From positions 96,038,001 through 96,102,000 of the forward strand of contig NC_043001.1 in the NCBI RefSeq assembly GCF_006345805.1: a DNA stretch of 64,000 bases, in the 5' to 3' direction. Position numbers and translations under genes: made by a program. The stretch is from Octopus sinensis. Lineage: Eukaryota. Of this stretch, positions 13,288 through 24,331 are shown piece after piece (within the stretch, counting starts at the first letter, position 1; the number at the start of each line of letters is the position of its first letter). Below the pieces are notes generated by a model that searched no databases, was not told the DNA's origin, and saw only the letters and a program-made list of their open reading frames with translations.

Positions 13288-16000
13288 CAAGGACAACAAC
13301 ATGTTCAAAAATAACACCAAGAATTTTTACAGGAAGATAGGAAAAACAGCGTTTACTGCAGAGTCTGTACCATCAAAAGAAGTGCAGAGATTTTGGAATA
13401 AAATCTGGGCAGAAGAAAAAACACACAACGAAAAGGCCCCCTGGATTGACAGAATATCTACAGAACTGGACCCCTTAGAAGAGCAAAAGTGGGAGGGTGT
13501 CAAGGTAGAAGATATAAGATCTGCTCTCAGGAGGTCAGCAAATGGAAGTCTCCAGGAAAGGATAAAATTCCTAACTTCTGGCTGAATGCCTTCCCAGAGA
13601 GCCATGAACTGCTAACAGAACTGTACAATGATGTTTTGCAACACCCTAGTAGGATGCCTCCTTGGCTAGTTATGGGTTAACATTCCTGCTTCCAAAAAGT
13701 GAAGAACAAATGAACCAAAAAACTATAGACCCATAACCTGCTTAACAACTATGTACAAAACACTAACATCTGTCCTGACGGAATATACCTATAGTTATTT
13801 AACAGACAGCAGCATATTCCCTAATGAACAGAAAGGATGTAAACGTGGATCCTACGGCTGTAAAGACCAACTACTCATCAATAAGATGATCTTAGAAGAG
13901 TGTCACAAACGACACAAAAACTTATCAATAGCCTGGATAGACTATAAAAGGCTTTTGATAGCCTACCACATAGCTGGATTAGGAAATGCCTTGAAATGTA
14001 TAAGATAGCACCAACTCTGCGAAACTTCTTGACTGTAAGTATGAGATCATGGAGAACCACACTAACTCTGAACAGTGACAGTGAATCCCTAAATGCTGGT
14101 GATGTAAAAATTTCGTGTGGCATTTTCCAGGGTGACTCACTGTCACCACTCCTCTTTTGTTTATCCTTAATACCTCTCTCAAACTGCTCAATGACGCGCA
14201 GTACGGGTATAAAATGTTTGATAAAAATATAAATCATCTCGTTTACATGGATGATTTAAAGCTTTTTGCAAAAATGATCAACAACTCAAGGGCTTACTAG
14301 CGATAGTCAAACAATTCAGTGACGACATCAGAATGCAATTCGGCCTCGATAAATGTGCAAGGCTACCTTTATCAAAGGAAAAATGACAGAAACATCTAAC
14401 GTTACCTTGACCAACAGAATGTCATAAAAGAACTAGACCCAGCGGAGAGCTACAAGTACCTAGGGGTAATTGAAGGGAACGGAATAAGGCATTCAGAGAT
14501 GAAGGAAAGGGTCAGGAGAGAATGCTATCGAAGAGTGAGAGCAATACTCAAGACAGAGCTGAATGCAAGAAACAGGATCGAAGCAATCAATGCATTAGCT
14601 ATACCAGTCGTGACTTACAGTTTCAATATTGTTAACTGGTCATTACTGAAATTGTCAGCTCGACAAAAATAAGGAAACTGTTGACAATGCATAGAATGCA
14701 CCACCCTAAGGCAGATACAGAACGACTCTATCTGCCAAGAAAAGAGGGAGGCCGTGGTCTTTTGCAACTGGCAATAACAATGAAGATTGCTACAATTGGC
14801 CTAGACCCTACCTGAAAAACTCTGAGGACTGGATGTTAAAACTTGTCTCAAAACATGAAAACAAGAAAGCATCATACTAGTCACAAAACAGGCAAAGGAA
14901 TATCTAAGTGAATTCCGAATACAACCAATTTCGGAATTAGAGATAACATACAAAAACAAGCACAGAAAAAGCTAGGCGCATGAAAACCCGTGCCAAAACT
15001 GCGGCCTTAGATATTCTGAATAATAAATGGCAAGAAAAACCTCTCTATGGCAAATACCCAAAGAGAGCGAATAATGCAGATATCGACAAAGCCCTGACCC
15101 ATCAATGGCTAATGGCCTCTGGCTTAAAATCTGAAACAGAGGGGTTTATCATAGCAGCTCAAGATCAATGCCTACCACAAGAAACTACCAGGCCAACATA
15201 TTAAAGATCAGAAGCAGTCCAACGTGTCGTGTATGCAAGCAACAATGAAACCATTGACCATGTGGTCTCCAAGTGCAGTCTTCTAGCGCCTACAGAGTAT
15301 CTCAACAGGCACGATAGAGCTGCACAATATATTCACTGGGTAATCTGTAAAAACCTGGATTTGCCCCATGAAAAAAACTGGTGGGAACACAAACCACCCC
15401 CAGTGCTTGAAAATGACCACATCTCACTCCTCTGGAACTTCACCATTCAAACTGACAGGAAGATAGATGCAAATAGGCCAGACATCATATTGAAAGACTT
15501 CAAACAAAGAACATGCCTCCTCATTGATATGACTGTCCCAATCGATATAAACGTATCTGTCAGGACCTACCAAAAACTGAGCAAATATAAAGATCTTGAA
15601 ATAGAAATCAGCAAAATGTGAAGCTGAAGACTAAAACAATACCTGTTGTCATAGGTGCCCTGGGAATGATAGCAAAAGGGGCTGATAGCTACCTACTCAG
15701 ATACCAGGAAACCCAAAAATGGCAGAAGTTCAAAAGATAGTGCTCATGGGAACTGCTCATATCCTACGCAAAATACTCTCTATGTAACCTCAAGGTTTAA
15801 AACAACCATAATTTTCGGTTAAAAAAAAAAAAAAAAAAAAATTTTTTTTTTAGACATTCATTAGTACAACATCCCCATCCCCCAAATATATGGCACACTA
15901 GGCATAACAACAACATGAACTTCCAACCCTGTTGTCTCTTGAGGTCTCTGGGTGAGACTTGGAGCCAACTTGTACAAATATAAAGCAAATGTCAAACATA

Positions 16001-16001
<1 letters not shown>
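13288..16001 (+). mobile_element. 5'-truncated, frameshifted R4/Dong-clade LINE (RT, CCHC, REL), subfamily 2, inside (TAA)n
   Basis: KSPGKDKIPNFWL, YRPITCL, EQKGC, KDQLLINKMILE, AWIDY, GIFQGDSLSPLLF (14119-14157), YMDD (14244-14255), CRVC..ETIDHVVSKC, RHD, NRPDII, EKLSKYKDLEIEI-like LSKYKDLEIEI. Stop at 15785-15787. (AAT)n lies at 13238-13287 and 16002-16033. Confidence 0.92.
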
Positions 16002-16033
<32 letters not shown>

Positions 16034-16035
<2 letters not shown>

Positions 16036-16344
16036 GAATAAAAGGGGCTGATTCCTACCTAGCCGTGATACCAGGAAACCCAGAAATGGCAGAAATTCGG
16101 AAGATAGTGCTCATGAGAACTGCACATATCCTACATAAAATACTTTCTATGTAATCTCAAATTCTAAAACAAACTTATAATTTTCTTATGTTTTCTTAAA
16201 CATTCTTAGGAACAGCGCTATCTGCAAAACTAAATGTATAACACCCTGGCATAACACCAAATTGAACTTCCAACTTGCTGTCCTTGAGGTCTCGGGGTGA
16301 AACTTGGATTCAACTTGCACAAATACAAAGCAAAAGTCAACCAA
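16034..16344 (+). mobile_element. Second, short 3'-end copy of R4/Dong subfamily 2, head-to-tail with the first
   Basis: Diverged copy of about 15675-16001 (ataccaggaaaccc.aaatggcagaa.ttc..aagatagtgctcatg, cttgaggtctc.gggtga.acttgg). Followed by (AAT)n to about 16408. Confidence 0.85.
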
Positions 16345-16359
16345 ATAATAATAATAATA

Positions 16360-16408
<49 letters not shown>

Positions 16409-16409
<1 letters not shown>

Positions 16410-16553
16410 GTAGAAGAAGAAAAGAAAAAGAAGAAAAAAAGAAGAAGAAGAAAAGAAGAAGAAGGAGAAGAAAAGAAGAAAAAGAAGAAGTAGAAGGGTA
16501 GAAGAGAAGAGAAGAGGAAGGAGAAGAAGAAGAAGAAAAAGAAGAAGAAGGAG

Positions 16554-16585
<32 letters not shown>

Positions 16586-16681
16586 GAAGAGTAGAAGAAG
16601 AAGTAGAAGAGGAAGAAGAAGAAGAAGAAGAAGAAAAAGAAGAAGAAGGAGATGAAGAAGAAGAAGAAGAAGAAGTAGAAG

Positions 16682-16713
<32 letters not shown>

Positions 16714-16920
16714 GAAGAAGCAGAAGAAGAAGAAGCAGAAGAAGAAGAAGTAGAACAAGAAGAAGAAGAAGAAGAAGAAGAAGAAAAAGAAGAAGAAGAG
16801 GAGGAAAAGAAGAAGAAAAAGAAGGGGAAGAAGAAAGAAGAAGAAGAAGAAGACGAAGAAGAAGAAGACGAAGAAGAAGAAGACGAAGAAGAAGAAGAAT
16901 TGTAAGAAGAAGAAGAAGAA

Positions 16921-16978
<58 letters not shown>

Positions 16979-17011
16979 AGAAGAAGAAGAAGAAGAAGAA
17001 GAAGAAGAAGA
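16409..17011. repeat. ~600-bp interrupted (GAA)n homopurine tract
   Basis: Read directly from the sequence. Confidence 0.95.
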
Positions 17012-17504
17012 ATTACTTTTTAATGTTCTTTAATTAGTTTGAAATGTCACATATGTGCTCCTACTTGAATTCGCATGAATAATCGCCCATAGCGAATAAT
17101 ATCTCAATGTTTCAGTAGACATGTTCTCATAGCTAACATGTTGACATGAGAATGTACACATTTCACATGTGGACTTCTTTTGCTTGCGAACAACTTACAT
17201 TTCAACGTCGAAAATGGAATGAGAGTACTGTGTTCAAACTGCTAGGTAAACGAACCAGATTTCCTTTAACTTGTAAATGTACTTAAAGACAATATGTATA
17301 CATAAATATAAATATACACCATAAGAGATTTTACCACTTAATCCATCAGAATAATCGGGCTATAAATAATGATAGTAACAACAACAAAAGCAAACAGCTG
17401 GATAATTAGAAACCAGAATCGAAAATATATAATGGAATGGTTTAGCCAGGTTTATTTCCTGTTTTTCTAAATCATCTGGAACGCATATATATTTTTTCAT
17501 TCGT

Positions 17505-17726
17505 TTCTTTTATTCTCTTATTTGTTTCAGTCATTTGTCTGCGGCCATGCTGGGGCGCCGCCTTTAGTCGAGAAAATCGACCCCAGGACATATTCTTTGT
17601 AAGCCTAGTGCTTATACTATCAGTCGTTCTTGCCGAACCGCTAAGTGACGGGGACGTAAACACACCAGCACCGGTTGTCAAAGGATGTTGGGAGGACAAA
17701 CACAGACACGCAAACATAAACATACA

Positions 17727-17760
<34 letters not shown>
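17505..17760 (-). mobile_element. 3' half of SINE family B, ending in its internal (TA)n
   Basis: Matches 46995-47230 (tttcagtcattt...gcggccatgctgg...aaatcgaccccaggac...gacggggacgtaaacacacc-like). Confidence 0.8.
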
Positions 17761-17762
<2 letters not shown>

Positions 17763-20700
17763 AAAACAGAAGATACCAAAAATACAGAAAACATCGAAAA
17801 AAATGGAACAGAATCAGACCCCAAACAGGCTTATATCAAACACGCAGAAGACCTAACACAAATCTTCCAAATATGCAATGCCGAAATAAACAAGACAAAA
17901 GCACATCTTCAACAGGGGAATACCAGAAGCATGGAAGATCTATTCACAGAAACCTGTAGTAAGTTGAATTCGCTTCTTTCAAAAGTTTATACACTCTTTG
18001 CAAACATTGCTTTAACAATAAATACAATCCAAACACAAAATATTCTCTCTAAAAATAATCAAGCAAACAGAACTGACAACACAAATCTTTTGGCGGGATC
18101 ACCCCAATCACAAAGGACAACAAATGACGAAGAAACAAAAACTGACACAAACCAAGAAAAACCTTAAAAACCCCAAGACTGGAACACACTTCTAAACCAA
18201 CGCAAATATGCTTATTGTAAAAGCATACGCTGTAAGAACATAGCCAACATATATCAAAACTGGCGGGACTTGAAGAACCCAATACTCCCTAGAAAATTTC
18301 TTATCAAAGAAATAAGAGGTGAAACACTAGAAGAAACAACAATACGTGCAAACCTAGCTCTCTGCCGACTAGAAACGGAAATTTCCCTTCTACAAACAGG
18401 AAGCGCACACCAGGAAGATAAGATTAAAACAATCGATACCGTCATAATGGCCGAGATAACAGAAAAGAGCAATAACCAAAACAAAGAAAAACTACAACAA
18501 TTATGGAAAGAGGATACCAAACGAGAGGAGGGAAGATCCAGAATTATGTGGACCAAACAAAAAGAACTATGGGGAAAATCAAAAAACTACCAAAAAATGA
18601 ATAGATACAACAAACCAACACCTCAAACATATTGGACTCCCAGACATCCAAATAAGCCCTACCAAACACAAACCAAAATCCCACTCCTTACACTGCCGAA
18701 CCCCATAATAAACAGATACACAAAATACGAAAGACAACCATCAACCCAAAACCCCACAAAAACAAACACACAAACAGCAAGACGACCACAATACATCCAA
18801 CCAACAACCTATAACACTTGGAGAGAACAAATAGAATATGAACAACCACCAACACATAATACTGGACATCCTAAAAGGACACACACATGGAACAATAAAC
18901 AAATGGATAGAAATCAACACTTAACCTACAACAAACATCGAGGAAATCGAAACCACACAAACACCAACCCCATGCAACCCCACAAATTTACAAGATGGAT
19001 AAAAAACAACTCCCACAATCAATACAATACAAACACAATACATGAACCATCCACCTACCCACAAAGAAACCTGAACCCCAGTAATAGATATTGGCTCAAC
19101 AAACACAGAAGATGGGAAGAAAATAACTACCAAAGACAAAACAACACATACAGACCACACAGACCATCCCTACTACAAGAAAACCTAAGAACTGAAAATG
19201 GAATTTGGAGACGCAACAACACAACCCATTTTTTAGGGAGAGGATACTTCAACCATACTCCAGGCCCAATACACCAAAAGTTCCGGATGAACTTACAAAA
19301 CACATAGACCCCAAAATAATAAACTTATCTAAAAGAGAACTTGACGAAAATGAAACGAACCTACTACTAAAAGGCCTCAAATTTACACCTACACCCACTC
19401 CAAACCTCATAGAACTAAACACTGATATAGACAACTTCAGCCGCCACCTCCGCCGTATAGAATTCTTTGAAAATAAAGAACAGAAGATAACTCAATCATA
19501 AGAAAAAAATCCCATTTCACCCCTTACAAGGGAAGTGACAAACACCTTGACACATACATAGAGACAATATCCAAATTCCCTCTCCACACACACAAATGCA
19601 AACAGAATCTCCGCAGAGAAGAAAAACAAGCCTTACAAAAACTGAAAAATGACAAGTCAATAATTATAAAAGAAGCTGACAAAGGTGGAGCAATAGTAAT
19701 TATGGATACAGATTACTACAAAGGAAAGATACTGGAGTTACTGAACAACCAGACATACTACAAAGAAGAACCAACACCACCAGAGAAAGCAACAATAAAA
19801 AAATTAGAACTTTAGTCAATGAATACCAGGACTCCTTTACAGATAAGGAGAAAGACTATCTATGCAACTCACGAACCAAAGAAAGCAATTTTTATGGATT
19901 ACCTAAAATTCATAAAAGCTCTGAAATACAGAGAGCCATAAAGTAACAGAGGAACCACTATATAAGAATACAAAGGCCTGCAGACCTCACAATGAGACCA
20001 ATAGTGGCAGGACCCCATGCACCAACACAACTAAGCCACTTCATAGATATACTCCTCAAACCTTTATGACCACAGATACCAAGCTACATAAGGGATGACA
20101 TAGGCTTCCTCACACACATTCCAAATACAGTCCCGAAAAACACCATACTTGCAAGCTTTGATGTCACAAATCTATACACAAACATACCACACACCCTAGG
20201 TCTTGAAGTTATAAAACAATCAATAGAAAAATACAGAGAACTTATAGACGAACGGTTCAAGACAAACTTTATAACCGAAGCCACCCAACTAATACTCGAA
20301 GAAAATACATTCTCATTCAACAACAAGACATACCGACAGATAAAAGGCACAGCTATGTGTACAAAATTCGCACCTTCATATGCCAACCTGGTGATGGGTT
20401 TCCTGGAGAACAAACTATATGATGAAATAGGGAAAGTCTTCGAACACGACTTCAGAGAAGACATCAAGAAAAGTGGAAACGCTACCTCGATGACTGCTTC
20501 ATCTTTTGGAACAGATCAGAAGAAGACCTATGAACATTCCACAACATCCTCAATACGCTGCACCCATCTATCAACTTCACAATAGATATCAGCCACAACG
20601 AACTTCCCTTCCTAGACATCAACATCAAAATACACAACTCCATCGTCACAACAGACATCTACTACAAAAAAACCTGACACACACCAATACTTAAATTTCC

Positions 20701-21532
20701 ACTCCTGCCACCCATCCCACACAAAAAGAAACAACCCATATAGTATGGCAAGACGAATATGTAGCATAGTAACTGATTCACAAATACGACTAATAAGACT
20801 AGATGAACTCAAAAACTTCATCCTAGAGCAAAAATACCCCCTTAAACTAATAGAAAATGGAATCACAAGAGCATTAAAACTAGACATCGCACAACTCACA
20901 ACACCCAAAACAAAGAAAACATTATCCCTTTTATAAACACGCACAACCCTGGAGTTACCAACATCTTCCAAATCATACATTCAAACCTACCAATAGCCTT
21001 ACAAAGCCTCAAAATGAAAAACATATTAAACAAATATAGCATAAAAAACAGTAGACGACAGGACAAAAACCTAAAGAAACACCTAACAAGAGCGAAATTC
21101 TCTTCAGAAACTAAAACGGAATTCTTTGCAAAAGAGTGCGGAGATGGTAGATGCGGGATCTGCAGCAACCCCACCTACAAATACATAGAGGGAAACAGAG
21201 AGATGAAATTTAAAAGTGGTGACATATTCAAAGTAAATGCAGATATGAACTGCAAGACGCAGAACGTTATATACTGCATAACCTGCCCCACATGCAAGGA
21301 GAATTACGTAGGTGAAACTGGTAATTCTTTGTGCCAGCGAGCCAGGATTCACCGATAACATATTCGGCAGGAAGAACTACGCAAAATACCACTAACTACA
21401 CACCTAGCTACATGTGGAGAAGGAAAATTTAAGATCTTTCCCTTCTACAAATGTCCGAAGAACGACACCTCTTTCAGGAGGAATATGGAAAAATATTTCA
21501 TAGCTAAGTTCTCCCCCAAATTAAATGGCTGA
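17761..21532 (+). pseudogene. Near full-length, decayed Penelope-like retroelement: long N-terminal ORF, RT and C-terminal GIY-YIG
   Basis: IINLS/KGLKFTPTP (19310-19400), IIIKEADKGGAIVIM (about 19660-19705), YGLPKIHKS (about 19895), MRPIVAGP, FDVTNLYTNIPH, KGTAM..KFAPSYANL, WKRYLDDC (20474-20497). The linker and nuclease read CGDGRCGIC...CKTQNVIYCITCPTCKENYVGETG...R...H...IPL..HLATC...FPFY..KLNG* (stop 21530-21532). Several stops and frameshifts. Confidence 0.93.
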
Positions 21533-21552
21533 AACTTTACTCATCAAACATT

Positions 21553-21606
21553 GAAGGACAAATCTTACGATTTACAATATAATATAGTAGAACATTTAAT
21601 ATGTGT

Positions 21607-21658
<52 letters not shown>

Positions 21659-22140
21659 ATATTACCTGTTATATACATTATATTATTTTTGTAAATTACT
21701 TGATCTTTACTTGCCAATTGTCATTCTAATTTTAACCTTCCTATGATATGCAATTTTCAAGATGGTGTAATTTGATTGTTCATTTTGAATCGATAGAAGG
21801 TGTTTTTTCTAATATTTCATGTATAAGCATGTATATATATATATTGTGACATTGAAGGACACATCTTTCGATTTACAATCTAATATAGTAGAACATTTAG
21901 TATATGTCTGTATATGTATATATATGTGTGTGTATATATATATATTGCCTGTTATATACATTATATTATTTTTATAATTTACTTCATCTTTACTTTTTAA
22001 TTGTCACTTTAATTTTAACTCCCTATGATATACAATTTTCAAGATGGTGTAATTTAGTTGTTCATTTTGAACCGATAAAAGGTTTTTTTCAAATATTTCA
22101 TGTATAAGTGTGTATATATAGTGGTATAAATATCAACACA
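21553..22140. repeat. Two diverged ~300-bp tandem units in the PLE 3' region
   Basis: acattgaaggaca.atctt.cgatttacaat.taatatagtagaacattta starts at about 21553 and again at about 21849. The downstream blocks are also duplicated. Confidence 0.85.
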
Positions 22141-22377
22141 ATTTTTTCCCCTTCCTCCCTTATTTTTCTTTTCCTTTTCTTTTTTTGTCTCTCTCCCCTT
22201 CTCCAAACACACAGACACACGCACACGCACACACACACACGCACACACACACAAACTCACACGCACACACAGACACACACACAGACACACAAAACGATCA
22301 TAAAAAGTGGAAAGAATTCTTAAACCCAAAACGGCATTTGACCATCCTCACAATGATAAAAGGAAATATAATTTATG

Positions 22378-22543
22378 GCCTACCTCCCCGCAACCACACT
22401 CAGTGACACTGCGAAGTGGTCAAAGCTGAAATTCTTAGAAACCCCTTGGAGTCAATATACGCCTACCTCCCCGTCACCACACACTCAGTGACACTGTGAA
22501 GTGGTCAAAGCTGAAATTCTTAGAACCCCCTTGGAGTCAATAT
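22378..22543. repeat. Two ~83-bp tandem units
   Basis: gcctacctccccg...cactcagtgacactg.gaagtggtcaaagctgaaattcttagaa.ccccttggagtcaatat at 22378 and 22461. Confidence 0.9.
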
Positions 22544-22638
22544 TCTGTCCAGCAGACCAAAAAATTATTTCCTTCTTCTTCCCTCTCCCTTCCCCTTTCT
22601 CTCTTTAGCGCTTACCTCAGATACAAACACACACACAC

Positions 22639-22669
<31 letters not shown>

Positions 22670-22935
22670 TGTTCTCTCTCTCACTTTCTCCTCATCCACC
22701 TCACCCTCTTGGACTGTCTTATTCCTCCCCACCACTACGAAACTCTATAAAATGATTAAAATTCCCCACGAAAGAATTATTTTGATTTGAAAACCCCACT
22801 ACAATGGGAGAAAGCGCTAATGATCTCAGTGATATGATATATATGTAAAAAATGTAATATATAAATAAATATATGTAAATATAAACCATCCGATCTTCTG
22901 ATTACCTCAGTTCTTCTAATATATATATATATATA

Positions 22936-22968
<33 letters not shown>

Positions 22969-22969
22969 T

Positions 22970-24068
22970 AAGTATGTAGAAAAATACAACATGGACAAGA
23001 ACGTATAACTCTTAGAAGACGATACAATAAACACGGACAGGACATTCAAAACCCTCAGTCTTAGTCAAGAACCGGACATCGTATAATTTCGGCTGATAAT
23101 CTTGAGATTACTAGATCACGGCCAGCCCTCCAAGAAAACTAAGCAACGAGCATTAGAAAAAACTAATGGGAGCGTAGATTTCTGGAAAAGGATCGAATGC
23201 ATACGGACACCAGGACAGCAAAAAGGACGAATATAAAAAAACAAAAAAAATAATGGAATACAGAAACATGAAATACAGAAGCATTAACGGTGAAACACAA
23301 CAACAATGTCTTACGACTGATAACAAGCAAACAAATTTTTTCTCTGGCGCAAGGAAAGGAGCCTTATCGGCGATGCCTATAGCGGCGGACGAAAAACAAC
23401 GATGTTAACACGTCGCTGGTCAGAAGCTGAAAGGCAGATTTCGGCCAGCAGTCACGTGACAGAGAAGAGAGAAGAAAAGAAAGAGAAGCAACAAAGAAGA
23501 GAGAGAGAGAGGAGGAGAGGAGAGAGGAGGGACAACGCAACAAGAGAGAGAAGAGAGAGAAAGAAGGAATCAGAGGGAGAAGGGATGTCGAAGAAAGACC
23601 TGTGAGTGCAGAGCGAGACAAAGAAATAGGAGGGTAGTGGAAGATAGACACAAGAATCAGAGGAAAGAGAAGAGAAAAAGAGGATGAGTAGAGAGAGAAG
23701 GGGACAGATCAAGTAAAAGTGAGAGAGAGAGAGAGAGACAAACAAAGAGTCGTACAGATTATAAGAATACGTGCTCACATTAATGTTAAGAGGGTATAGT
23801 GGCGCCTGGAATATATGTTAGGTATGTAGAAAATTACAACATAGACAAGAACGTATAACTCTTAGAAGACATACAATAACACGGACAGGACATTCGAAAC
23901 CCTCAGTCTTCAGTCAGAACCGGATCATGGTAGTAATTTCGGCTGATTAATCTGAGATTACTAGATCACGGCCAGCCCTCCAAGAAAAAACTAAGCAACG
24001 AGCATTAGAAAAACTAAGCTGGGAGCTAGATTTCCTGGAAGAGGATCGAATGCATACGGACACCAGGT
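22970..24068 (-). mobile_element. Probable PLE-type partial tandem pseudo-LTR of a different family
   Basis: About 250-bp direct repeat (22972-23215 and 23822-24067) around a CT-rich (minus-strand) spacer, with (TA)n on both sides. Shares tggccgaaatc with the PLE at 4921-6093. No convincing protein motif. Confidence 0.45.
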
Positions 24069-24197
24069 CATATATATATATATATCTATATATATATAAT
24101 GTGTGTGTGTGTGGTGTGGGTGTTTCTATATATATATATCTATATATATTCTTCTAATATCATATTATATATATATGTATCTATAATATAATATATA

Positions 24198-24248
<51 letters not shown>

Positions 24249-24292
24249 CTATCTATATGTATATTATGTATATATATATATATTATATATAT

Positions 24293-24331
<39 letters not shown>

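Noticed and set aside
15821-15850. A-run followed by a T-run in the Dong 3' UTR as a functional hairpin or terminator
   Set aside because: Absent from the sister copy at 16160-16200, so most likely homopolymer expansion or a sequencing artefact.
23890-23925. Minus-strand CTGAAGA...TTTCGAATGTC as a hammerhead
   Set aside because: No stable stem II and no GAAA.
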